Positions 55,818 to 64,000 of a DNA stretch of 64,000 bases are shown here, piece after piece; position 1 is the stretch's first letter, and each line of letters starts with the position of its first letter. The stretch spans positions 1,536,001 through 1,600,000 of the forward strand of contig CAXXMD010000003.1 in the NCBI GenBank assembly GCA_963675755.2. The letters run 5' to 3'. The stretch comes from a bacterium (lineage in GTDB: Bacteria > Zhuqueibacterota > Zhuqueibacteria > Residuimicrobiales > Krinioviventaceae). The position numbers were made by a program, and so were the translations under genes. A model generated the notes under the pieces. The model was not told where the DNA came from. It did no database searches and saw nothing but the letters and a program-made list of their open reading frames with translations.

Positions 55818-56486
55818 ATGAAACACCAAAAGATTATATTGTTTACCACTGCAATTTGTTTCATTTTTTTTGCAATTGTTTTTATTACACCCCGCGCTAT
55901 TCAATCACAGGGCCTTGATACTGAAGAAGTGATTGTAGAGGATGAATATGTTATGGAAGATGTTGCCGCATTATTTTATTACGGCAATGGCGATACCCGT
56001 ATTCATACCTGGGTTAGCGAAGGTGAATCTTTTAAATATTCAGGATCAAATGGCTGGTTCAGCACCAAAAAAGGCGGTTATGAAGGAAATAAACTGCTGC
56101 ATTGTGTTTCCGGTGACTGGAATGCGGATGGATTTACCGATATGGCAGGATTTTATGATTACGGTCAGGGAGTTACCCGCATTCATGTCTGGCTGAATAC
56201 CGGTGGAAACCGGTTCGATTATCAGCATTCCGCTGGTTGGTGGGAAAGCGGCCGTGGTTATGATGCAAAGAATATTGTGGGTGCAACAGCCGGTGATTTT
56301 AACGGTGATGGTTATGATGATATTGCAGGCTTTTATGATTATGGAAACAATGAAACCCGTATTCATGTCTGGTTGAGCAATGGTTCTGACAAGTTTAAAT
56401 ACGAGGGATCACGAGGTTGGTGGGCAGCCAAAGGCTATCCGGCGGCAGGCGTTCAACATATTGTTGGCGGAGAGTTTGGAGATTAA
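55818..56486 (+). CDS. Secreted FG-GAP/VCBS-like repeat protein (3 repeats)
   Basis: GD(W/F)N.DG..D.AGFYDYG...TRIHVWL repeats; AAGGAG RBS. Confidence 0.78.
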   Translation: MKHQKIILFTTAICFIFFAIVFITPRAIQSQGLDTEEVIVEDEYVMEDVAALFYYGNGDTRIHTWVSEGESFKYSGSNGWFSTKKGGYEGNKLLHCVSGDWNADGFTDMAGFYDYGQGVTRIHVWLNTGGNRFDYQHSAGWWESGRGYDAKNIVGATAGDFNGDGYDDIAGFYDYGNNETRIHVWLSNGSDKFKYEGSRGWWAAKGYPAAGVQHIVGGEFGD

Positions 56487-56493
56487 TAATATT

Positions 56494-56516
56494 CAGGGTC
56501 ATATTATATGACCCTG
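56494..56516 (+). terminator. Rho-independent terminator
   Basis: CAGGGTCATA-TTA-TATGACCCTG followed by TTCTTT. Confidence 0.65.
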
Positions 56517-56542
56517 TTCTTTAATATACAGAAAAGGAAGTT

Positions 56543-57361
56543 ATGAACGCGGAAGAGAAAAAGATGTTTTCGTCTTGCAAGGCGATTGTTTGTGATCTGG
56601 ATGGAACACTCTATCTTGAAGGAAAACCAGTCCCCGGAGCTATTGACTTTTTGAACCGGGTACTCGAATCCGGAAGAAAGCTTTATTATTTTACCAACAA
56701 CAGTTCAAGTTCACGAGACACTTATCTTGCAAAACTGGACAAGATCGGCTTTCCCTGTGAAGATGAATATTTGATAACATCGGCTGATTGTGCAGACAGT
56801 TATTTAAAACGCAACAAACTGTTTCCTGAAATTTATCTCATTGGTAACCGTGATCTGGTATCTGACTTTACCAAAAGGGGATACCGGTGTATGACAGATA
56901 CAGAAGTTAAAGAAACACTGCCAAAAGCGGTCGTAATGGGATTTGATACAGAATTGAATTATCAGAAACTGTGCACAGGTTATGACCTGATGCTTACAGA
57001 TATACCCTATATTGCAACGCATGCAGACATTCTCTGCCCTGTTACCAAGTCTACTTTTAAACCGGATGTAGGTTCATTTATATCTTTGTTTGAAACCGCT
57101 ACCGGCGGCAGATTACCGCGTGTTGTTGGCAAGCCCCATAAAGAGGCTGTAGAGGCAATAAGTGAACGTGCTGAAATGGATGCACAGGAAATAGCATTTA
57201 TTGGAGACCGATTATATACAGATATACGTATGGCCCAACAGTTTGATATGGTGGGTGTGCTTGTAATGAGCGGAGAAACTACTCCTGAAATGCTTGAAAA
57301 ATCATCCGATCAACCCAAAATCACTGTTTCCAGTGTTTTGGAATTGATCGATGTTTTATAA
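56543..57361 (+). CDS. HAD-IIA hydrolase (NagD-like)
   Basis: DLDGTLY, TNNSS, GKP, GDRLYTDI, SGET. Confidence 0.92.
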   Translation: MNAEEKKMFSSCKAIVCDLDGTLYLEGKPVPGAIDFLNRVLESGRKLYYFTNNSSSSRDTYLAKLDKIGFPCEDEYLITSADCADSYLKRNKLFPEIYLIGNRDLVSDFTKRGYRCMTDTEVKETLPKAVVMGFDTELNYQKLCTGYDLMLTDIPYIATHADILCPVTKSTFKPDVGSFISLFETATGGRLPRVVGKPHKEAVEAISERAEMDAQEIAFIGDRLYTDIRMAQQFDMVGVLVMSGETTPEMLEKSSDQPKITVSSVLELIDVL

Positions 57362-57946
57362 TCAATTATCTGTACTCATAGCACTGAGAACGCTGGTTTT
57401 GTTGCCAAGCCAGTAATCGACGCCTGACCACAGGGTGCCCATAGATGCCAGAAAAATGATAATAGTAACTGCCGGTATATCAAAGGGACCGTTAATGGTA
57501 GCCGGTAATAACATCATTTTTTGACCAATAACAATCAGCATTACACCCAATATCGCGAGAAATTGAATCCAGGCTTTGATTTTGCCGCTGGTTCTGGCAG
57601 CAACCACAATACCCGATTTAATGGCAAAAACCCGGATAATAGATACAAGTACATCGCGATAAAAGAAAATGGCAATAACCCATACGGGTGCGTATCCTGC
57701 GCTTAAAAAGCACAAAAAGATGGTAAACCTTGAAATGCTGTCAGCAAAAGGATCCATCAATTTACCGAAATCACTAACCATGTCCATCTGTCTTGCCAGT
57801 TTACCATCCAGGAGGTCTGTCAGTTCAGATATTCCAAATAAGATCATAAATACCCATAAAGACCAGACCGAATCGATCATAAAGAACAGCATGAATAATG
57901 GGGTCAGCGCTATTCGGATTATTGTAAGTGTGTTTGGTGTTATCAT
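57362..57946 (-). CDS. pgsA: CDP-diacylglycerol--glycerol-3-phosphate 3-phosphatidyltransferase
   Basis: PNTLT..R, TD.LDGKLAR....SDFGKLMDP.AD, GKIK. Confidence 0.85.
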   Translation of the reverse strand: MITPNTLTIIRIALTPLFMLFFMIDSVWSLWVFMILFGISELTDLLDGKLARQMDMVSDFGKLMDPFADSISRFTIFLCFLSAGYAPVWVIAIFFYRDVLVSIIRVFAIKSGIVVAARTSGKIKAWIQFLAILGVMLIVIGQKMMLLPATINGPFDIPAVTIIIFLASMGTLWSGVDYWLGNKTSVLSAMSTDN

Positions 57947-58062
57947 GATACCTGCTTTTTCTGATTCATATATTCTTAAAAATAACAAAAATTTAGGCAA
58001 TGAGCAAGTCATTTACTTACAAACCAGACATTTTTATATGTTAACAGCAAAGGAAAATTAAT

Positions 58063-59028
58063 ATGGGCATTACAAGATGGGGCTTGATAGGTTGTGGTGA
58101 TATTGCAAAAAAGAGAATAGCGCCAGCATTACGAGATCTTGAAAATTGTGATTTGGTTGCTGTAAACCGTCAGAATTATGATCTGGCAGAAGCTTTTGCC
58201 AAAGAGTTTGGTGCCCAAAAGTGGTACAAAGACTGGCAAGAATTGTTAAAAGATGATGAGATTGATGCTGTCTATATTGCAACACCCGTGTATTTACATG
58301 CAGAACAGACAATTGCAGCGGCCAAAGCCGGCAAGCATGTGCTTTGTGAAAAACCCATGGCTATGAATGCTGCGGAATGCCAGGCAATGATTGATGCATG
58401 TGAGACAAACGGAGTAAAGTTGGGTGTTGCCTATTACCGGCATTTTTATCCGGTTGTTGATCGGATAAAAGAAATTGTTAACAGCGGAGAGATTGGTGAT
58501 CCGGTTGTTACCCAGATTAATGTGTTTGAAGTGTTTGATCGCAAACCGGGCGAAGCAAGATACTGGTTAACGCAAAAAGATATGGCGGGTGGCGGACCAA
58601 TTATGGATGTTGGTTCCCACCGTATTGAATTGTTATTGAATGTGTTTGGAGAAATTAAAAAGGCTACCGGCTTTGCCAACAATGTTGTTCTGGATCGTGA
58701 TGTTGAAGACACCGGCGTTGTTCAATTCGAGTTCGAGTCTAGTATTGTGGGTGTGTTGACCGTTTGTCATGCGGCTATAGAACCTCAGGATACGTTTAAA
58801 ATTTTTGGAACAAAAGGCACCATTTACGTATCAGTATTAAACAATGGCGATTTAACAGTTAAAACAAAAAAGGGCGTTCGGACGGAAACCCTTCCTCCGC
58901 ACACCAATGTGCACCAACCACATATTGATGCATTTGTAAAATCTATACAGGGAAATGATCCTGTAATAGTGGATGGTATTGCCGGTAAGCGGGTGTCAGA
59001 AATTGAAGATGAAATTTTTGGCCGTTAA
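58063..59028 (+). CDS. Gfo/Idh/MocA oxidoreductase
   Basis: IGCG.IA, DAVYIATP..H, GKHVLCEKP, GGG...DVGSH. Confidence 0.92.
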   Translation: MGITRWGLIGCGDIAKKRIAPALRDLENCDLVAVNRQNYDLAEAFAKEFGAQKWYKDWQELLKDDEIDAVYIATPVYLHAEQTIAAAKAGKHVLCEKPMAMNAAECQAMIDACETNGVKLGVAYYRHFYPVVDRIKEIVNSGEIGDPVVTQINVFEVFDRKPGEARYWLTQKDMAGGGPIMDVGSHRIELLLNVFGEIKKATGFANNVVLDRDVEDTGVVQFEFESSIVGVLTVCHAAIEPQDTFKIFGTKGTIYVSVLNNGDLTVKTKKGVRTETLPPHTNVHQPHIDAFVKSIQGNDPVIVDGIAGKRVSEIEDEIFGR

Positions 59029-59093
59029 TGCTGAATATGTTATGGTTTGTGGTGTACTCTGGATAGTTATTATGAAAAATCAGGAGAGCAAGC

Positions 59094-59999
59094 ATGTCGG
59101 TTCTAGACGTTCAACATGTTGAAAAATCGTTCGAAAATGTACGGGCTGTTCAAGACCTGTCGTTTTCGGTACAGGACGGCCAGGTCTTTGGTTTGCTTGG
59201 CCCCAATGGTGCGGGGAAAACCACAACCATCCGTATGATTATGGATATCATTCGTCCGGACAAGGGCGAGATAACCGTTTTTGGCAAATCAAACAATATT
59301 CAAGTACGTGACAGCATTGGCTATCTTCCCGAAGAACGGGGCTTGTACAAAAAGATGAAAGTGTTTGATACCATTTTGTTTTTTGCCGAGATTAAAGGCG
59401 TACCACGCTCAAAATCTACCCCTCTTGCCAGGACGTGGCTTGAAAAACTGGAACTTGAAGAATGGCAGGACAAAAAAGTTGTTGACCTCTCGCGCGGTAT
59501 GCAGCAGAAATTACAGTTTATTTGTACTATCATTCATCAACCCAAACTCATTATTCTGGATGAGCCTTTTACCGGTCTGGATCCTGTAAATACCGGGTTA
59601 TTAAAAGATGTAATGCTTGAATTAAAACAGCAGGGCACTACGATAATTTTTTCAACACATCTGATGGAACAGGTTGAGAAATTGTGTGAATCTATTTGCA
59701 TGATCAACAAGGGACAAAATGTGTTATATGGTAATCTTTTGCAAGTCAAACAAAAATTCGGGCAGAATCGTATACGGCTCAGTTTTGATGGAGAGGCCGC
59801 TTTTTTAAAGGATACCTCGATTGTAGAAAAGTATGACAACTATGGTCAATATGTAGAGTTGACTCCGGCCAATGGGAAAAACAGCCAGGAAATTCTCAAA
59901 ATTGCAGCGGAACAGGTAACGGTTTCAGAATTCAAGATTGCAGAACCCTCACTGAACGAAATATTTATTAAGACGGTCAAAGGGGAGGTAGCATCATGA
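59094..59999 (+). CDS. ABC exporter ATP-binding subunit (NatA/YhaQ-like)
   Basis: GPNGAGKTT, YLPEERGLY, LSRGMQQK, LDEPF.GLDP. Confidence 0.92.
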   Translation: MSVLDVQHVEKSFENVRAVQDLSFSVQDGQVFGLLGPNGAGKTTTIRMIMDIIRPDKGEITVFGKSNNIQVRDSIGYLPEERGLYKKMKVFDTILFFAEIKGVPRSKSTPLARTWLEKLELEEWQDKKVVDLSRGMQQKLQFICTIIHQPKLIILDEPFTGLDPVNTGLLKDVMLELKQQGTTIIFSTHLMEQVEKLCESICMINKGQNVLYGNLLQVKQKFGQNRIRLSFDGEAAFLKDTSIVEKYDNYGQYVELTPANGKNSQEILKIAAEQVTVSEFKIAEPSLNEIFIKTVKGEVAS

Positions 60000-61279
60000 T
60001 GAAAACCTTTGCATTAATCAAACGAGAATATCTGCAAAATGTTAAAACCAAGGGCTTTCTAATTGGTACGGTTTTGATGCCTGTATTGTTGGTGTTACTG
60101 GTATTTATGCCCATGTTTTTTTCAAAGATGGAAGTAGAAAAACAGGTGGAAATATCAGTAATAGATTACACGGATTCCGTTTATGAGGTGTTTGCTCCGG
60201 CGTTAATGGAAACCAAAATGATCCAGGACAATCAATCCATGTATGCTTTGAAAAAGCTGAATGTACCAGTAGAACAATTGTCAGCCCAAAAAGCGGAATT
60301 GGATAAAAAGATTTTATCTGGTGATTTGGATGTATACATCGTAATACCGGATTCTGTTTTTACATCTAACAGTGTGGAATTCTATTCAAAAAACATTACC
60401 AATTTTGATTTTATCTCCCGGGTTGAGCGGTCACTTTCTTCTGTCATTTCTGATTTGAGGTTGAATCAAAGCGGACTAGATCCGGAGCTGGTTGAAACGC
60501 TTACACATCGGGTGAATGCTCAAACCTTCAAGGTTGATAAAACAGGCTCGGAAGAGTCGAGTGGATTTGATACGTTTATGGTCAGTTATGTGATGGTCTT
60601 TATCTTGTACATTGCTTTACTGATGTATGGCCAGTATATTATGCGTGGAATTATTGAAGACAAGAATTCCAGAGTAATGGAGGTGGTCATTTCCTCAGTC
60701 AAGCCCTGGCAGCTGTTAACAGGCAAGGTCATTGGTTTGGGTGCCGGAGGATTGACCCAGTTTCTGATCTGGTCGGTTTCATTTGGATTGATTTCTACCT
60801 ATGGTTTAATGATGGTGCAGATTTTTAATCCCAGTGTTTCCGCAATAGCCATTCCTGCTTTACCGTGGCCGGTTTACATTGCGTTTGTACTTTATTTCAT
60901 GCTGGGTTATTTTTTATACGCTACACTTTTTGCTGCTTTGGGCAGTATGGTAAATACAGAGAGCGAAGCACAAAATCTGCAATGGCCCATTATGATGCTT
61001 ATAATTGTAGCATTTATGGCAATGTTTACCATAATTAAAAGTCCGGATAGTACCCTGGCAATTATTCTGTCTCACATTCCGTTTTTCTCTCCATTGTTAA
61101 TGTTTTTGAGAATTACTTTGAATGCGGCACCGTTATTCGAAGTTTTATTAAATGTTGTGGTTTGTCTGGCTACCATTGCCGGATTGCTTTTAATATCTGG
61201 CAAGATTTTTCGGGTAGGTATCTTGATGTATGGTAAACGCCCAACGTTACCTGAATTGATGAAATGGATTAAATATTAA
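59996..61279 (+). CDS. ABC-2 permease (NatB/YhaP-like)
   Basis: IEDKNSRVMEV..SSV, GK..G, IPFFSP..M..R; ATGA overlap with the ATPase gene. Confidence 0.9.
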   Translation: MMKTFALIKREYLQNVKTKGFLIGTVLMPVLLVLLVFMPMFFSKMEVEKQVEISVIDYTDSVYEVFAPALMETKMIQDNQSMYALKKLNVPVEQLSAQKAELDKKILSGDLDVYIVIPDSVFTSNSVEFYSKNITNFDFISRVERSLSSVISDLRLNQSGLDPELVETLTHRVNAQTFKVDKTGSEESSGFDTFMVSYVMVFILYIALLMYGQYIMRGIIEDKNSRVMEVVISSVKPWQLLTGKVIGLGAGGLTQFLIWSVSFGLISTYGLMMVQIFNPSVSAIAIPALPWPVYIAFVLYFMLGYFLYATLFAALGSMVNTESEAQNLQWPIMMLIIVAFMAMFTIIKSPDSTLAIILSHIPFFSPLLMFLRITLNAAPLFEVLLNVVVCLATIAGLLLISGKIFRVGILMYGKRPTLPELMKWIKY

Positions 61280-61289
61280 GATTTATTAC

Positions 61290-61313
61290 GCAGGCCGGTT
61301 TTAACCGGTCTGC
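61290..61313. terminator. Terminator between convergent permease and bioY
   Basis: GCAGGCCGGTT-TT-AACCGGTCTGC followed by a T-run. Confidence 0.7.
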
Positions 61314-61316
61314 TTT

Positions 61317-61871
61317 TTATTTAAAGTTGAGACGTATTTTTAACTGTTTGGCTAGGAATGCCGCAATACTGGCTTTTAATATTTCACCCGGAATAAAAAT
61401 AAGAAACCCACTGATCCATACCGTACGAAAAGAGATGGCCTTCATCAACCAGACATTCACTGCCATATAGAGCCAGCAGGATCCCAGGGCCAAAATCAAA
61501 ATACTTGCAATAATATTAATGATGATCATGGAAGACAGGGAATTCCGTATACCGGTACGTGTGTTCAAAAAAGAGATTAGCCATGCGGCAATGGGCAGGC
61601 TCAATAAATACCCAAATGTGGGCTGCAGAATATATCCCAATCCACCTCCGTTGGCAAAAACCGGTAATCCGGCAAGTCCCAATACCAGATATGCTGCCTG
61701 ACTGAGAAACGCGTATCTGGGTAACAGCATGCACCCGGCTAATAACGTGAACAAGGTCTGAAGTGTAATAGGTGCCAGAGGAAAAGGAATGCGTATAAAC
61801 GCGCCCGCAGAAGTAAGTGCGGTTAATAATGAAGCAAACAATAACTGACGGGATATGTTGGATATAATCAA
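61317..61871 (-). CDS. bioY: Biotin transporter BioY
   Basis: PITLQTL, YL.LGL.GLPVFANG.G, PTFGYL, FIPGE..K. Confidence 0.92.
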   Translation of the reverse strand: MIISNISRQLLFASLLTALTSAGAFIRIPFPLAPITLQTLFTLLAGCMLLPRYAFLSQAAYLVLGLAGLPVFANGGGLGYILQPTFGYLLSLPIAAWLISFLNTRTGIRNSLSSMIIINIIASILILALGSCWLYMAVNVWLMKAISFRTVWISGFLIFIPGEILKASIAAFLAKQLKIRLNFK

Positions 61872-61959
61872 GAAAAGACCTGTTTTTATTTTCTACTTGC
61901 TTTTTCAACAAGACCTGTCTAAATTCGCACGTTAGCGAATACGCAAAATCTGGAAGAAA

Positions 61960-64000
61960 ATGAATTTATTTATGAAATATAGAACATTCTTTATTAATTA
62001 CTATAATAATTTTGCTGTAATTTTATTGTTTGTATTGATTTTTGCATTCAATTTGTACTCGCAAGAAAAAGTTGTTGAAACGTTTCGGCTGGATTATAAT
62101 GGAAAAATGATTGCCCCACCCCGAGCCATTATGCCTTACAGGGAAGTTAAAAGGCCTAGAATAGGCATTGCCTTGAGTGGCGGGGGAATGAGGGGAGTAG
62201 CTCAGATTGGTGTTTTAAAAGTCCTTGAGGGAAATGACATACCCATAGATTATATTGTGGGTACCAGTATAGGCGCGGTAATTGGCGGATTATATGCTTC
62301 CGGGTATACCCCTGATGAAATATGGGATATTACCCGTTCTTTTGACTGGGGGCAGGCACTTAATGATAACCCTGAACGTTCGAGTCAGTTGTTGGGAGAA
62401 AAACAAAAACGCAGCCGGGCCATCATCCAATTTCGACTGGAAAATATGAAGCTGGTATTACCCGAGGCGCTATCTCCGGGACAGAATTTAGGCGATTTTA
62501 TAACCAATTTGATTCTTAATGCTCCTTATCACAGTTATCAGTTTGATCATTTAAAAATTCCATTGCGAATCATTACCACAGATATTCTTTCAGGAACCAA
62601 AGTTGTTGTAGATCGGGGTGATCTTGCGGCAATGATTCGTGCATCCATATCGATTCCGCTGTTGTTTAATCCTGTCAAAAGTGACAGTTTACTGTTGGTC
62701 GATGGCGGTGTGTTGGACAATATCCCTGTTGATGTAACGCGAAGCACCGGTGCGGATATTGTTCTTGCTGTGAATACTACATCTCCGTTAAGAAAACAGA
62801 GTGATTTAATGGTCCCCTGGGAGATGGCTGATCAGGTTACAACCATTATGCAAATTCCTCATAACGAACAGCAATTAAATAATGCAGATTTTGTTGTATC
62901 TCTTGCGGATATATATAGTACTTCTGCCAATCAAAACAATGTTGACTCGTTGTATCAGGAAGGTATTCGCCGAGGCACTGCATTGCTTGCAGATATTCGG
63001 GCAAAATATAATGAGCTGGATAATCAGAAAAACAGAGAACGTTTGATATATGTGCATGAAATAAAAGTAAATGATGATTCTTTACTGCCATTCAATCTGA
63101 ATACATTGGCAAACCGGCATATTTCCGAACAGGAGATAATTGATGTGTTGGAAAAAGCCCATAATAGTGGATCATTCAGAGATGTTTATGCGGAATTGAA
63201 AAAACAGGATGATAAAACCGTACTGGTTTATACCTTTGAACCTTATCCTGTTCTTGAGCGAGTTTCACTGTTGGGGCAAACCACATTTCATGGTTCGGAA
63301 CTGCAAGCTATTTTTAGTCCGTTACTTTTCAAACCCATGAATCATTTTGAATGTACCCGTGCGCTTGAACAAATTATTGAAATGTATCGTGAAAAAGATT
63401 ATTCACTTGCTGAAATTTCCAATATTTCCTTTTCTAAAGAATCCGGTCATGCAATTATTACGATATCAGAGGGAAAAATCAGTTCGTTGAATTTTGAAGG
63501 TAACGAGCATGTAAGAGATTTTTTACTCTATAATGAATTTACATTGCATCCACAGGATATCTTTCAAAACAATCTTGCCAAAGCCGGCATTGAGAATATT
63601 TATGGGACCGGTTTGTTTAATTCGGTTTCGTTAAAAATTGTACCCGGAACATCAGGGTATCATTTAAATATTCGTTTACAGGAAAAAGCAACCAATGTAA
63701 TCCGATATGGATTCCGTTATGACGATGAGCGATGGGGACGTTCGTTTTTAGAATTTGCTGAAGAAAATATGTTGGGCGTAGGTAATGATTTGACTTTGCA
63801 TATGCAATATGGCGAACGTGATAAAAAGTTTGCTGCCGAGTACAGTATAGATCGAATTTTTAATACCTATTTTACTGCCAGATTTAATTTGTATAATAAC
63901 AATCAAAAGTTTTTTACATATGATAAAAGTGAAAGTATTGGAGAGTATTGGCGGCATTCTACAGGTGCCAATATTAATGTAGGTCAGCATATAGAACGTT
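61960..64000 (+). CDS. Patatin-like phospholipase with POTRA/Omp85-like C-terminal part; truncated by window end, not in ORF track
   Basis: Manual translation: RPRIGIALSGGGMRG..QIGVLK, VGTSIG (GxSxG), LLVDGGVLDNIP; then POTRA-like ISEGKI....FEGN and LYNEF...IYGTGLFNSV. Confidence 0.88.
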   Translation, partial: MNLFMKYRTFFINYYNNFAVILLFVLIFAFNLYSQEKVVETFRLDYNGKMIAPPRAIMPYREVKRPRIGIALSGGGMRGVAQIGVLKVLEGNDIPIDYIVGTSIGAVIGGLYASGYTPDEIWDITRSFDWGQALNDNPERSSQLLGEKQKRSRAIIQFRLENMKLVLPEALSPGQNLGDFITNLILNAPYHSYQFDHLKIPLRIITTDILSGTKVVVDRGDLAAMIRASISIPLLFNPVKSDSLLLVDGGVLDNIPVDVTRSTGADIVLAVNTTSPLRKQSDLMVPWEMADQVTTIMQIPHNEQQLNNADFVVSLADIYSTSANQNNVDSLYQEGIRRGTALLADIRAKYNELDNQKNRERLIYVHEIKVNDDSLLPFNLNTLANRHISEQEIIDVLEKAHNSGSFRDVYAELKKQDDKTVLVYTFEPYPVLERVSLLGQTTFHGSELQAIFSPLLFKPMNHFECTRALEQIIEMYREKDYSLAEISNISFSKESGHAIITISEGKISSLNFEGNEHVRDFLLYNEFTLHPQDIFQNNLAKAGIENIYGTGLFNSVSLKIVPGTSGYHLNIRLQEKATNVIRYGFRYDDERWGRSFLEFAEENMLGVGNDLTLHMQYGERDKKFAAEYSIDRIFNTYFTARFNLYNNNQKFFTYDKSESIGEYWRHSTGANINVGQHIER

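Overview
Bacterial chromosomal segment. The gene content (NYPNPF-type C-terminal sorting domain, PorV-like barrel, DUF4292/TPR, GH92/GH3/sulfatase) suggests an FCB-group lineage such as KSB1 or Calditrichota; this taxonomy is inference. 1-16.6 kb is core-like: a four-gene cluster (giant secreted Ig-repeat protein, PorV-like barrel fused to TPRs, RsbW-kinase/RsbU-phosphatase fusion with HTH, acidic and TPR tail, STAS anti-anti-sigma factor with a homologous HTH-like tail), then obgE, dprA, two tRNA-Ser, gltX and tRNA-Gln(CTG). 16.6-28.4 kb is an accessory array anchored on tRNA-Gln. Unrelated cargo genes are separated by decaying copies of a non-coding module (tRNA-Gln 3' remnant, terminator, 31-bp palindrome, CCCGGCCAC box), and several cargo stop codons abut the module end. 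No integrase is present in the window. 30-45 kb holds carbohydrate and sulfate degradation genes, arfB and an IR-flanked GxxExxY gene. 45-64 kb holds envelope and housekeeping genes (PPIase, YceI, SDR, histidine kinase, YfhO/GT4/GT2, TPR, NagD, pgsA, ABC exporter, bioY) and a patatin-POTRA gene that runs off the window end and is absent from the ORF track. All family calls come from visual motif recognition, not database searches.
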